Source of the DNA: an uncultured Verrucomicrobiae bacterium | GTDB lineage: Bacteria > Verrucomicrobiota > Verrucomicrobiia > Limisphaerales > UBA11358 | Reading direction: 5' to 3' | NCBI GenBank assembly: GCA_963789335.1 | Contig: CAWBKH010000002.1 | Span: 455,703-519,702, forward strand | DNA length: 64,000 bases | In this document: in pieces, positions 38,599 to 47,895 of the stretch | How the letters are laid out: each line of letters opens with the position of its first letter | Numbering within the stretch: the first letter of the stretch is position 1 | Program-made: the position numbers and the translations under genes | Notes under the pieces: model-generated | Databases searched by the model: none | The model's input: only the letters and a program-made list of their open reading frames with translations | What the model was told of the DNA's origin: nothing

Positions 38599-40242
38599 TC
38601 AACTGATCCGCAACCACAACGTTTTCAAGTACGTCGGCTCACCACGGCTGACGGGGAAATCCGGCGGCTGCGGGAAATACTGCTGCTGCAAAATCCTCCG
38701 GCGTGATGGCCGGATGGCCGTTTCGACAGCGGCGAGAAACGCTCCCGGCGGCCAATCTGCGGCGTTCGTCGCGGCGAACAAAATTCCACCCGGTTTCACC
38801 AGCGGCAGCACGGCGGACACAAGTTTTGCAAAATCCTTTTCCACGCGGAACACACCGTGTTCCTTCGACTGCGAAAACGTCGGCGGATCAAGGATGATGG
38901 CGTCAAAGGTGCGGCCCTTTTTCGCCAGTCGCCGCAACCAATCGAACGCGTCACCATAAATGAAATCGTGCGCAGAGGGGTCAAGCCCGTTCAACGTGAA
39001 ATTACGCCGGCCCCATTCAAGGTATTTCTTCGAGAGATCGAGGCTTGTCGTCCGGGCGCCTGCTCGCGCCGCGCAGACTGAAAAGCCGCAGGTGTAGGCA
39101 AACACATTCAGGACTTCGGGTTTGGCGTCTGGTTTCCGTGGATCGAATAAAGGAAAGTTGGCCGCAATGTGGCCGGTCAAAAAACGGCGGCGGTTGTCGC
39201 GCTGGTCCAAAAACAAACCGACGGAATAACCTTCGTTGAAGCTCATCTCGAAGCGGACGCCATTTTCCAAAATCTCGAACCGCTCCGGCGCCGTTTCACC
39301 CAGGACAAGTTGCGGCGACGAATCAGCGACCGTGGCGCGCCGGACCTGTCGCGATAGAATTTTGTGATACGCACCGCGCGCAGAGAGCGTATTCGCCAGT
39401 CGTGCCAGATCTTCGCGTTGATCTGCACGCAACGATTGCTCGGATTGCGAGAGCAGAAAATCACCCAGCCGTTCGACGTACCATCCCGGCCAGCCGTCGC
39501 CCGCGCCATGAATGACGCGGAAGGCATTCGTCGCTTCGGGCTCAATCATCGCAGTGCGCAACGCAAGCCGCACGTCGGCGCCGAAATTTGCCGGCGCGCA
39601 AAACGTCACCAGTTTGCGGGTGGCTGGATGGGCGAAGGAAATTTCCGCCGCGTGCAGAAAGAGTCGCGCCGCCGGCGTGCCCCCGTAAAGAGCGTCGCCG
39701 AGAATCGGAAAGCCCATCCCCGCCGCATGAACGCGAATCTGGTGCGTCCGCCCCGTAAGCGGCGAGGCTTCGACTGTTCGGAGTCCCGCGTTCACGCGGT
39801 CCGTGCCGGCTAAAGCCGAAACTCCAAACCTCGTTTCCGCAATTTCCGCGCCCGCGTGCGGCGGACAGCTCACGTATTTCTCGCCCACCCGGACGAGTGC
39901 GTTTTTAACAGTGAACTCGCGCTTCGGTCCGGACCGGTCAGTGAGCAACAGATATTTCTTGCGGACGCGCCGTTGTGTGAATTGTTCGGTGAGTGAACGG
40001 TTCGCGGCGGGAGTTTTGCCAAAAACGAGCACGCCGCTCGTTTCCTTGTCCAGCCGGTGCAAAATCGCCAGCGCAGACCAGCGCGGCTCGCGGTGGCGCA
40101 GCCAGTCGTAGATGCCCTCGCCCGCGTATGGACCGGGCGCGTGTGTGTTCCAGCCGGCGGGTTTATGGACCACCAGCAAATGTTCGTCCTCAAAAATGAC
40201 GCACGGCACCATGCACGGATGAAAGCATTTTTGGCCGGACAA
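38599..40242 (-). CDS. Fusion protein: RluA-family pseudouridine synthase (N-terminal) + RlmI/YcbY-type class I SAM methyltransferase (C-terminal)
   Basis: Single 547-aa ORF. The N-terminal half has HRLDKETSGVLVF (catalytic Asp motif) and GRTHQIRVH. The C-terminal half has VLNVFAYTCGFSVCAARAGARTTSLDLS...FDAIILDPPTFS...GGILFAATN. Confidence 0.75.
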   Translation of the reverse strand: MSGQKCFHPCMVPCVIFEDEHLLVVHKPAGWNTHAPGPYAGEGIYDWLRHREPRWSALAILHRLDKETSGVLVFGKTPAANRSLTEQFTQRRVRKKYLLLTDRSGPKREFTVKNALVRVGEKYVSCPPHAGAEIAETRFGVSALAGTDRVNAGLRTVEASPLTGRTHQIRVHAAGMGFPILGDALYGGTPAARLFLHAAEISFAHPATRKLVTFCAPANFGADVRLALRTAMIEPEATNAFRVIHGAGDGWPGWYVERLGDFLLSQSEQSLRADQREDLARLANTLSARGAYHKILSRQVRRATVADSSPQLVLGETAPERFEILENGVRFEMSFNEGYSVGLFLDQRDNRRRFLTGHIAANFPLFDPRKPDAKPEVLNVFAYTCGFSVCAARAGARTTSLDLSKKYLEWGRRNFTLNGLDPSAHDFIYGDAFDWLRRLAKKGRTFDAIILDPPTFSQSKEHGVFRVEKDFAKLVSAVLPLVKPGGILFAATNAADWPPGAFLAAVETAIRPSRRRILQQQYFPQPPDFPVSRGEPTYLKTLWLRIS

Positions 40243-40312
40243 ATCAAAGTTTGCAGTTTGAGTCCGTTGAAAAAACTCGCGGACAAGCCGTCCGCGCTCC
40301 TATTTTCTCCAC

Positions 40313-41407
40313 GTGCATCTGGCCCATTTGCGACTTCGCGACTTCCGCAATTACGCGCGGTTGGATGTGGATTTCGCACCGGGCTTCCACCTGTTGCTCG
40401 GTGACAACGCGCAGGGCAAAACAAACATCCTCGAAGCCATTTATCTCATGGCCACGCTGCGCTCGTTCCGTGGGGTCGGCAGTGCACAAATGATCCACCA
40501 CGGGCAGCGCGGTTATTTCGTCGGCAGCAATGTCGTTGCCCAAGGCGCGCATGAAATCAAAATGTTCTGGTCGGCCAGTGAGCGCAAACTGGCGCTGGAC
40601 GGCCAGCCGGTGAAAAGACTGACCGATTACCTCGGCGTGCTGCGCACGGTCGTCTTTTGCATGGAGGATTTGCAACTGGTCAAGGGTGCGGCGCGCGCGC
40701 GCCGACGGTTTCTCGACCTGCTGCTTGCGCAGACACAACCCAGTTATCTTCCCCTGCTCCAGCGTTACATGCGCGTAGTCCGCGCCCGCAATGCATTGCT
40801 CAAGCAGCGCGCGATTGACGAGGCCGCACTCGACAGTTTTTCGCATGAACTCGTGAGGCTGGGCGACGAGATTATCCGCGCCCGCCGCGAACTCGCGCCG
40901 AAGTTTTCACCGCTGGCGCGGCTGGCGTATCGGCGTATTTCCAACGACGCCGAGGAATTGCGCATCGAATATCAACCGAGCGTAAAAAAGGACTTCACCG
41001 TGGAACTGGCGCAATCACGTCCGCGCGAACGGACCTCTCGCTCCACTCTCGTCGGCCCGCATCGGGACGATTTGCAATTGCTGCTCAACGGGAAATCCGC
41101 CGCGCAATTCGGCAGCGAAGGCCAGAAACGCTCCCTGGCCATCGCCTTGAAGATGGCGCAGGCGGAATTTCTCGCGGGCATCCACGGTTCGCCACCGATT
41201 TTGCTGATCGATGACGTGATGGGCGAATTGGACGTGAAGCGACGCAGTGGTTTCCTGCCATTGCTGGAACACGCGCGCAAGTCGAGCGGACAGGTCTTCA
41301 TGACCGCCACCGAGGAAAACTGGCCAAGCGAACTCGGAAAGGACTTGCAGCGCTGGGAGGTAAAGGCGGGCACGCTGGAAAAGAAATCACCGAACACCGA
41401 ACGTTGA
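40313..41407 (+). CDS. recF: DNA replication and repair protein RecF
   Basis: LRLRDFRNY..., Walker A GDNAQGKTNILEAI, signature SEGQKRSLAIALKMA and Walker B PILLIDDVMGELD. Confidence 0.9.
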   Translation: MHLAHLRLRDFRNYARLDVDFAPGFHLLLGDNAQGKTNILEAIYLMATLRSFRGVGSAQMIHHGQRGYFVGSNVVAQGAHEIKMFWSASERKLALDGQPVKRLTDYLGVLRTVVFCMEDLQLVKGAARARRRFLDLLLAQTQPSYLPLLQRYMRVVRARNALLKQRAIDEAALDSFSHELVRLGDEIIRARRELAPKFSPLARLAYRRISNDAEELRIEYQPSVKKDFTVELAQSRPRERTSRSTLVGPHRDDLQLLLNGKSAAQFGSEGQKRSLAIALKMAQAEFLAGIHGSPPILLIDDVMGELDVKRRSGFLPLLEHARKSSGQVFMTATEENWPSELGKDLQRWEVKAGTLEKKSPNTER

Positions 41408-41472
41408 ACTCTGAACACCGAATGAGAAATCAATCGGCATTCGATGTTCGATGTTGGACGTTCGATGTTTTA
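41392..41472 (+). promoter_or_regulatory. Cluster of complementary short repeats between recF and trpS (2x GAACACCGAA, 3x TTCGATGTT, final copy followed by TTTTA)
   Basis: gaacaccgaa at 41392-41401 and 41413-41422. ttcgatgtt at 41440-41448, 41447-41455 and 41461-41469. The arms are 9/10 complementary, so several mutually exclusive hairpins are possible. Confidence 0.3.
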
Positions 41473-41488
41473 CCATTAAACTCACGCC

Positions 41489-42454
41489 ATGCGAATTTTG
41501 TCAGGCATCCAGCCCAGCGGCGCGTTGCATCTCGGAAATTATTTCGGGATGATGCGACCCGCCCTCGAGCTGCAGGAAAAGGGCGAAGCGTTCTATTTCA
41601 TCGCGGATTACCATTCCATGACGTCGCTCTTCGACGCAAAGGAACGGCGCAAGAACACACTGGACGTGGCGCTGGATTTTCTCGCCTGCGGCCTTGATCC
41701 CAAACGGACCGTTTTCTTCCGCCAGTCCGACGTGCCGGAAGTAACCGAGTTGACGTGGATTCTTTCGACGGTCACGCCGATGGGTTTGCTGGAACGCGCG
41801 CACAGCTACAAGGACAAAATCGCCAAGGGCATCGCGCCGAGCCACGGATTGTTTGCCTACCCGGTGCTGATGGCGGCTGATATTCTGATTTACGACTCGA
41901 ACGTGGTGCCGGTGGGGCGCGACCAGAAACAGCACGTCGAAATGACGCGCGACATCGCCATCAAATTCAACGAGCAATACGGCCAGACCTTCGTGATTCC
42001 CGAACCACAAATCCGCGATGAGGTGGCCGTGGTGCCCGGCACGGACGGCCAGAAGATGAGCAAGAGCTACGGCAACACGATTGAGATTTTCGGCGACGAA
42101 AAGGCCATCCGCAAAAAAATCATGGGCATTATCATGGACAGCCGCACGCCACAGGAGCCCAAACCCGATGCCGACAAAAATCTCGCCATTCAATTGCTCA
42201 AACTGGTGGCACCCACGGACGTGGCAAAAGATTTTGAGAGCCGCTTGCGCGCCGGCGGTCTGGGCTACGGCGATTTGAAGAAGGCATTATACGAACATTA
42301 CTGGGATTACTTCACCGACGCGCGCCAGAAACGCGCGAAGCTCGCCGCCAATCCGGGTTATGTCCAGGAAGTTTTAACCGAAGGCGCAACAAAAGCCCGC
42401 ACGCTGGCGCAAAAAGTTTTGCAGCGGGCAAAGGTTGCCAGCGGGCTGGCTTGA
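41489..42454 (+). CDS. trpS: Tryptophan--tRNA ligase
   Basis: MRILSGIQPSGALHLGNYFG (HIGH-type), ...GRDQKQHVEMTRDIA..., KMSKS. Confidence 0.92.
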   Translation: MRILSGIQPSGALHLGNYFGMMRPALELQEKGEAFYFIADYHSMTSLFDAKERRKNTLDVALDFLACGLDPKRTVFFRQSDVPEVTELTWILSTVTPMGLLERAHSYKDKIAKGIAPSHGLFAYPVLMAADILIYDSNVVPVGRDQKQHVEMTRDIAIKFNEQYGQTFVIPEPQIRDEVAVVPGTDGQKMSKSYGNTIEIFGDEKAIRKKIMGIIMDSRTPQEPKPDADKNLAIQLLKLVAPTDVAKDFESRLRAGGLGYGDLKKALYEHYWDYFTDARQKRAKLAANPGYVQEVLTEGATKARTLAQKVLQRAKVASGLA

Positions 42455-42708
42455 AGAGTTTTCTGGCACATGACTTGCGGTATCGCCCGCATGGCCAAGA
42501 AAACCAGTTTGTTGAAACCCTCTCCACAAACTCGCACCAATGGCCGAGCCGCAAATCAGCCGCTCGCGCCACAACCGGCTGCGTTGTGCTTAATGCAGCT
42601 TCGGTCACAGGTGATGCGCATTTCCATGTCGAAACGCCGGCTGCAAATTGCCATTGAAAATGAAACCGAGGGGGAACTTCCACAGCCGGTCAAAATCACC
42701 CACGCTGG

Positions 42709-43356
42709 CTAAAATCTAGGCACGTCCTCGTGCGTGGAATTGGTCGGATTTCTGTCAACAAACTCGACCTTTTCAAATCCAGCCTGATGCAGGAACAAGG
42801 CCAGCTCCAACTGCGCCCGATCGTTGGCATCAGTCAAAATACCATCCATTCGCGCAGCGCGGCGAATATCGTCCACGGCGTTTTGGCGGGCGGTGGTAGC
42901 CAGGGACAGAGTCGGGTCTGGCGCCCGAAACAAACCCGTCGAGTAATCAATCACGCGCGTTCGTCCTTCGTCCAGGTAGGCGTCGGTGATTTGCGGCGGC
43001 GGCAGGTGCAGGGAAATCTTCTTGCCGGTAATCGCCACGTCTTCCGGTTTGAGGCGTTTCAGATCAATGCCGGCCTTGACAATGCCGTGCGCGAGCAGAA
43101 GCACGCGGTTTTCGCCATACCATTTGACATCATTCAGGATAACGACTTTTTCCAGGACATATTTGACGGTGACCAAATCCGAAAGTGTCTGGATCTGTTC
43201 CACGACCGTGACGGTGTCTTCCTCGTGCAAACCGGAACCGGCCGTCGTCCAATGCGTCAGCTTGAAACCGAACCAGGCGCCCAGGATAAAAACAACCGCC
43301 ACCGTCAGAACCCAGAAAATTTGTTGCACCCGCCGCATGGCGAAAATCCATGACAC
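42709..43356 (-). CDS. DUF4230 domain membrane-anchored protein
   Basis: An N-terminal TM helix, then ...IQTLSDLVTVKYVLEKVV...LLLAHGIVKAGIDLKRL...ISLHLPPPQI, the characteristic DUF4230 pattern. Confidence 0.65.
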   Translation of the reverse strand: MSWIFAMRRVQQIFWVLTVAVVFILGAWFGFKLTHWTTAGSGLHEEDTVTVVEQIQTLSDLVTVKYVLEKVVILNDVKWYGENRVLLLAHGIVKAGIDLKRLKPEDVAITGKKISLHLPPPQITDAYLDEGRTRVIDYSTGLFRAPDPTLSLATTARQNAVDDIRRAARMDGILTDANDRAQLELALFLHQAGFEKVEFVDRNPTNSTHEDVPRF

Positions 43357-43544
43357 GAATTTCGCGAATTGTCACGAATTGAATTGGTGATAATTTATGG
43401 AATTCGTGTCTAACTTTTTCTTGATAAAGTTTTTTGGCAGGAGCAGAGTCAATCCTATGAAAAATGTTAGACTACAAAATTCGTCGCCAATCTAAAGGTT
43501 AAGCAACAACGACCATTAGGCAACGGACAAATGCGAAGTGACTC

Positions 43545-43877
43545 ATGAAAGATAAAAATGACATCGAACAGCGGCTTGATCGAATGAAATCAGAATTCAA
43601 ACGCTCGTCTAACAAAATCCAACCCCCTTCCGATCTTGATATAATTCGCGCTCGTCCGCTGGCCTTTTTGGGTGGAACGTTGGTCGTTGTTGGCATTGGC
43701 ATATTGATTTATTTTGCTTTCTTTTTCGACACTTCAGTTGCGCTGTCTGACTCTGATGTCAGCGTGAACAATCTAGGTCTAATGCAAGATCGCCAAATTG
43801 GTGTGTTTGTCGCCTGTGTTATCATCTTAATTGGTGCTTGTGTTGCGCTCGCAGGTTTTTTAAAAAAGAGAAATTAG
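43545..43877 (+). CDS. Small two-TM membrane protein, unknown function
   Basis: 110 aa with two hydrophobic helices (LAFLGGTLVVVGIGILIYFAFFF; IGVFVACVIILIGACVALAGF). Local GC is low. Confidence 0.45.
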   Translation: MKDKNDIEQRLDRMKSEFKRSSNKIQPPSDLDIIRARPLAFLGGTLVVVGIGILIYFAFFFDTSVALSDSDVSVNNLGLMQDRQIGVFVACVIILIGACVALAGFLKKRN

Positions 43878-43944
43878 ATTTAAGCATTGTTTCCCGTTAC
43901 CATTTTCCGCTTTGCGCTTCGCGGTTTGAAACTAGAATAAGCTC

Positions 43945-44937
43945 GTGAATTTGCACGTCGGACAATTTCCAAATTATCGCCCCCGCCGGTTACGGCAGTC
44001 GCCGGCGCTGCGGCGGCTCGTGGCGGAAACGCATTTGCAAGTCTCGCAACTCGTCCTGCCGCTGTTCGCGCGCTTCGGACGAAAGTCGCGCCGTGAAATT
44101 GACGCCATGCCCGGCGTGTTCCAGCTTTCACCGGACGAAGTCGTCCGCGAAGCGGCAAAAGCCCACGCACTCGGCGTTCCGGCGGTTTTGCTCTTCGGCA
44201 TTCCGGACAAAAAGGACGCTAAGGCTTCCGGCGCTTACGCGAAGAACGGCATCGTGCAGCAAACTGTCCGGCTGCTGAAAAAAGAGTTGCCCTCGTTGCT
44301 TGTCATCACAGACGTTTGCCTGTGCGAATACATGGAGCACGGCCACTGCGGCATCGTGCAGCACGGGAAGATTTTGAACGATCCGACGCTGAAATTGCTG
44401 GCGCGCACCGCCGCCAGCCACGCCGAGGCGGGCGCGGACATGGTGGCGCCGAGCGACATGATGGACGGTCGTGTGGCTGCCATCCGCGCGGAGTTGGACA
44501 GGAACGGCTTTGCCGACACGCCCATCATGTCCTACGCGGCCAAGTTTGCGTCGGCATTTTACGGGCCGTTCCGCGAAGCCGCCGAGTCCGCGCCAAAATT
44601 CGGCGACCGGCGCAGTTACCAGATGGACGCGGCGAACGCGAACGAGGCGTTGCGCGAGGTGGCGCTGGACATTCAGGAAGGCGCGGACATCGTGATGGTC
44701 AAACCGGCGCTGGCGTATCTCGATTTGATCCATCGCGTCAAAACGGAGTTCGGTTATCCCACCGCCGCTTATTCCGTGAGCGCGGAACACGCAATGATCA
44801 AGGCGGCGGCGGCCAAAGGCTGGATTGATGAACGCGCGGTGACGCTGGAAAGCCTGTTGGCCATGCGCCGGGCGGGGGCGGATATTCTCATCACCTATGC
44901 GGCGGCGGACGTGGCGCGGTGGCTGAAAGCGGGCTGA
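43945..44937 (+). CDS. hemB: Porphobilinogen synthase (delta-aminolevulinic acid dehydratase)
   Basis: RPRRLR...LVLPLF...VLLFGIP...ITDVCLCEYMEHGHCG...DMVAPSDMMDGRV...SYAAKFASAFYGPFR...DIVMVKPA...AYSVSGE-like (AYSVSAEHAM). GTG start. Confidence 0.9.
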   Translation: MNLHVGQFPNYRPRRLRQSPALRRLVAETHLQVSQLVLPLFARFGRKSRREIDAMPGVFQLSPDEVVREAAKAHALGVPAVLLFGIPDKKDAKASGAYAKNGIVQQTVRLLKKELPSLLVITDVCLCEYMEHGHCGIVQHGKILNDPTLKLLARTAASHAEAGADMVAPSDMMDGRVAAIRAELDRNGFADTPIMSYAAKFASAFYGPFREAAESAPKFGDRRSYQMDAANANEALREVALDIQEGADIVMVKPALAYLDLIHRVKTEFGYPTAAYSVSAEHAMIKAAAAKGWIDERAVTLESLLAMRRAGADILITYAAADVARWLKAG

Positions 44938-45012
44938 GTTCGCGCGCTTTTGCGTTTGACCGCGATTGGCCCGGCTGGTTAACTTTCCCGCTTCCTATCT
45001 TGAATTAACACT

Positions 45013-46692
45013 ATGATCGGGACGATTCGCAAACATTCGGGCTGGCTATGGGGCATCATCATCGTTGCCACGGTGGTTTCCTTTCTATTTTGGGGTGCCG
45101 CCCCAGGAACGCGCAACAGTGGTAGTAGTGGCGGTGGCAATCTTGGTTCAATCGGCGACCGAAAAGTCACACTGGACGCGTATTTGGGCGCCGAGCATGA
45201 GGTGTATATCTACCATTGGTTTCGCTTTCACCAGTGGCCGGACAAAGATCCAAATTATTCCGAAAATGATTTGCGGCGTGAGGTTTACGTGCGCCTGATG
45301 CTCATTCAAAAGGGGCAAGACTTGGGCATTCACATCGGAGACGACGTGGTGGCCTCGACGGCGAATGAGATTTTAAGTTCGCCCAATCTGGCGCAGGCAT
45401 TGGGGATCAATGGCCAAAGCGTGCCGCTGGATGGTTTCGTAAAAGCCATTCTCCAACCGAAAGGCATGGATGCCGGAGATTTTGAGAACTTCGTCCGGCA
45501 CGACTTGGTCATAGATCAATTGCGCCAAGCGATGGGATTGACCGGCGACCTCATCACACCGCAGGAAGCGGCTGAGGTTTATCAACGTCAAAATCAGGAA
45601 CTCTCCGCCCAAATTGTTTTCTTTTCCGCGTCGAATTATCTGGCTTCCGTCCCGGTGACGTCCGCCCTCGTCGGCCAATTTTACACGAATTATCTCGCTG
45701 AATATCGCCTGCCCGACCGCGTGCAAGTCAGCTACGTCGCCTTTCCGGTGACAAATTTCATGGCCAAGGCGGAACAAAAATTGTCCCAAACCAATCTCAA
45801 CGACCAGGTGGAGGCCATTTACCGCCAATACGGCACGAACGCCTTCCCGGAAGCGAAAACACCCGAGGAAGCGAAGGAGAAAATCCGCGACCTGTTAATC
45901 CGGCAAGAGGCGGTGGCCGATGCGCGCCAGCAAGCCGATGATTTCGCCAATCAAGTTTTCGACATGGACCCGGTGCGGCCGGAAAACCTCGCCACGGTTG
46001 CCAAACAAAAAGGGCTGGCGGTGCTGGTTACCGCGCCGTTCGGCAAGGAATACGGTCCGGAAGAAATCACCGCGCCGGAAGCGTTTACGAAAGCCGCGTT
46101 TGGACTGTCGCCTGATGAACCGCTGGCCGGGCCGATTGCTGGCAGGGATGCCATTTATGTCATCGCGCTCGCCAAGCAACTGCCTAGCGAAATTCCGCCG
46201 CTCGACCAGATCCGCGCCCGCGTCACACGGGATTACCAACTCCATGAAGCCACGTTGCACGCGCGACTGGCCGGGACAAATTTTGTTCAGACACTTCAAA
46301 ACGGCCTGGAAGGTGGGAGAAATTTTTCGTCCGTTTGTACCGCCGCCGGGTTGCACGCCGAAGCGCTGCCGCCGTTTTCCCTGAGCACGGCCGATTTGCC
46401 GGAATTGGGCGATCGCGCCACGATGAACCAACTCAAATCGGCCACGTTCGCCACAACGATTGGCCATGCGAGCGATTTTGTGCCAACGGATGACGGTGGT
46501 TTTATTGTTTATGTCAAATCGGAGTTGCCGATTGATAAAACCGCCATGAAGGCCAATTTGCCGGAATTTACCGCCCAGCTTCGGCAGCAACGCGAGACGG
46601 CAGCGTTTTACAACTGGCTTGAACGCACCGGGAGTCAGGATTTGCGCAACACGCCGATCTACCCGGGACAACCGGGAAACAACGCGCCATAA
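45013..46692 (+). CDS. Periplasmic chaperone, PpiD/SurA-N-terminal-domain family
   Basis: MIGTIRKHSGWLWGIIIVATVVSFLFWG is an N-terminal anchor, as in PpiD. It is followed by a long helical chaperone-like body. No clear parvulin signature was recognised by eye. Confidence 0.6.
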   Translation: MIGTIRKHSGWLWGIIIVATVVSFLFWGAAPGTRNSGSSGGGNLGSIGDRKVTLDAYLGAEHEVYIYHWFRFHQWPDKDPNYSENDLRREVYVRLMLIQKGQDLGIHIGDDVVASTANEILSSPNLAQALGINGQSVPLDGFVKAILQPKGMDAGDFENFVRHDLVIDQLRQAMGLTGDLITPQEAAEVYQRQNQELSAQIVFFSASNYLASVPVTSALVGQFYTNYLAEYRLPDRVQVSYVAFPVTNFMAKAEQKLSQTNLNDQVEAIYRQYGTNAFPEAKTPEEAKEKIRDLLIRQEAVADARQQADDFANQVFDMDPVRPENLATVAKQKGLAVLVTAPFGKEYGPEEITAPEAFTKAAFGLSPDEPLAGPIAGRDAIYVIALAKQLPSEIPPLDQIRARVTRDYQLHEATLHARLAGTNFVQTLQNGLEGGRNFSSVCTAAGLHAEALPPFSLSTADLPELGDRATMNQLKSATFATTIGHASDFVPTDDGGFIVYVKSELPIDKTAMKANLPEFTAQLRQQRETAAFYNWLERTGSQDLRNTPIYPGQPGNNAP

Positions 46693-46753
46693 TTTTCAAC
46701 TTGATCACCATCCAAGCCCGCGGTCGCGGTGGCCTTTGGAAACAACAACGCGG

Positions 46754-47566
46754 TTGAAAACCTTGAACACCATCAAGCTTTCCTCCCCAGCCACGCGTGA
46801 ATTCTGGGAAATTCCGGTCTTGTTTGAGGACGAACATTTGCTCGCCCTCGATAAACCGGCAGGTCTGCCCGTTTCGCCCGACCGTGACGATCCACAGCGA
46901 ACTAATTTGATTCAGTTGCTACACGCCGCCATCGCCGGTGGCAAACTGTGGGCGCGCGAACGCGGGCTGAACTACTTCATGAATGCACACCGGCTCGATT
47001 CCGAGACCAGCGGCGTGATTCTGTTCGCCAAAAGCAAAGCGGCGCTCGTTGCGCTCGCCAATCTGTTTGGCTCCGAAAAAACGCTTAAAAAATATGTCGC
47101 GCTCACACAAGGAACGCCAGCGGAGGACAAATTTGAAGTGGATGCCAAGCTCGCGCCGCATCCGCTGAAAATCGGCGTGCAACACGTGGATCCGCAAAAC
47201 GGCAAAAAATCCAAAACTAAATTCGAAGTGTTGGAAAGATTTTCCGGTTACACTCTGCTGAAATGCGAACCACTGACTGATCGCACGCACCAAATCCGCG
47301 TCCACCTGCGCCACGCCGGTCTGCCGATTGTAGGCGACCAGATCTACGGCGGCAAACAGCTCTGGCTTTCGCGGCTCAAGCCGGATTATCGGCTCAAGCC
47401 CGGACGCGAAGAACGTCCGCTGATTTCGCGTGTCGCGCTCCACGCGGAAGAATTGACGCTGCCGCATCCGGTCACCAGAGAAACCGTGGTCCTTACCGCG
47501 CCATCGCCGAAGGATTTGAAGGTCGTGCTGAAATATCTACGGCAGTTTGCGACTCGAAGATTTTAG
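46754..47566 (+). CDS. RluA-family pseudouridine synthase
   Basis: VLFEDEHLLALDKPAGLPV...HRLDSETSGVILFAK...TDRTHQIRVHL. The start is proposed at TTG 46754, downstream of the preceding gene's stop and in frame within ORF 46619..47566. The start is uncertain. Confidence 0.8.
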   Translation: MKTLNTIKLSSPATREFWEIPVLFEDEHLLALDKPAGLPVSPDRDDPQRTNLIQLLHAAIAGGKLWARERGLNYFMNAHRLDSETSGVILFAKSKAALVALANLFGSEKTLKKYVALTQGTPAEDKFEVDAKLAPHPLKIGVQHVDPQNGKKSKTKFEVLERFSGYTLLKCEPLTDRTHQIRVHLRHAGLPIVGDQIYGGKQLWLSRLKPDYRLKPGREERPLISRVALHAEELTLPHPVTRETVVLTAPSPKDLKVVLKYLRQFATRRF

Positions 47567-47724
47567 GTAGTGTCCTAATTTGGAATTTGAACTCCCTTTT
47601 GGTCACACCAAATAGTAAACGCCTTCTGTTCGATTGATAACCACGGCACTTTGCTCAAAACATAAGCCGTTATTGCCAGAAGGTTGACATAATAAGGCTG
47701 ACTGTCTCAAAAACAAAAAATTAA

Positions 47725-47760
47725 AAAAGTTCTTGACATGCTGATGATTTTAGCTCAATA
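47725..47760 (+). promoter_or_regulatory. Promoter-like bipartite motif AAAAAAGTTCTTGACA-N10-TTTAGCTCAA upstream of PEP-CTERM gene 1
   Basis: TTGACA at 47733-47738. The same motif with identical spacing occurs at 49181-49214 upstream of PEP-CTERM gene 2. Confidence 0.45.
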
Positions 47761-47895
47761 TCCGCTATTGTTGGGTTAGGATAATAAATAAGTTTGACGG
47801 TCAACCTATGTTCAGCGAGTGCCGCAAAGAATCCGAAATCCAAACAACGCTGCGGACAAAGCAAGAAACCTTTAAAGAGAATCAGGATAAGACTT

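Noticed and set aside
41440-41469. Short tandem repeats as a possible CRISPR-like or minisatellite array
   Set aside because: There are only three 9-nt units with irregular spacing and no spacer-repeat periodicity. They are better explained as hairpin arms. No CRISPR array was seen anywhere in the window.
41404-41697. 97-aa ORF as a trpS leader peptide, or a T-box riboswitch
   Set aside because: The ORF has a single Trp codon and no stop before it overlaps trpS out of frame. No T-box consensus or specifier-loop architecture is visible. Only the repeat arms are reported.
42470-42712. 80-aa plus-strand ORF between trpS and the DUF4230 gene
   Set aside because: It has no motif, no convincing ribosome-binding site and mixed composition. 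It is left unannotated, although a small protein cannot be excluded.
47567-47610. Possible attachment-site repeat of the tRNA-fMet 3' end (ggaatttgaac versus ggatttgaac)
   Set aside because: The match is limited to about 10 nt of T-loop-like sequence and does not extend into the acceptor-stem part. It is compatible with chance.
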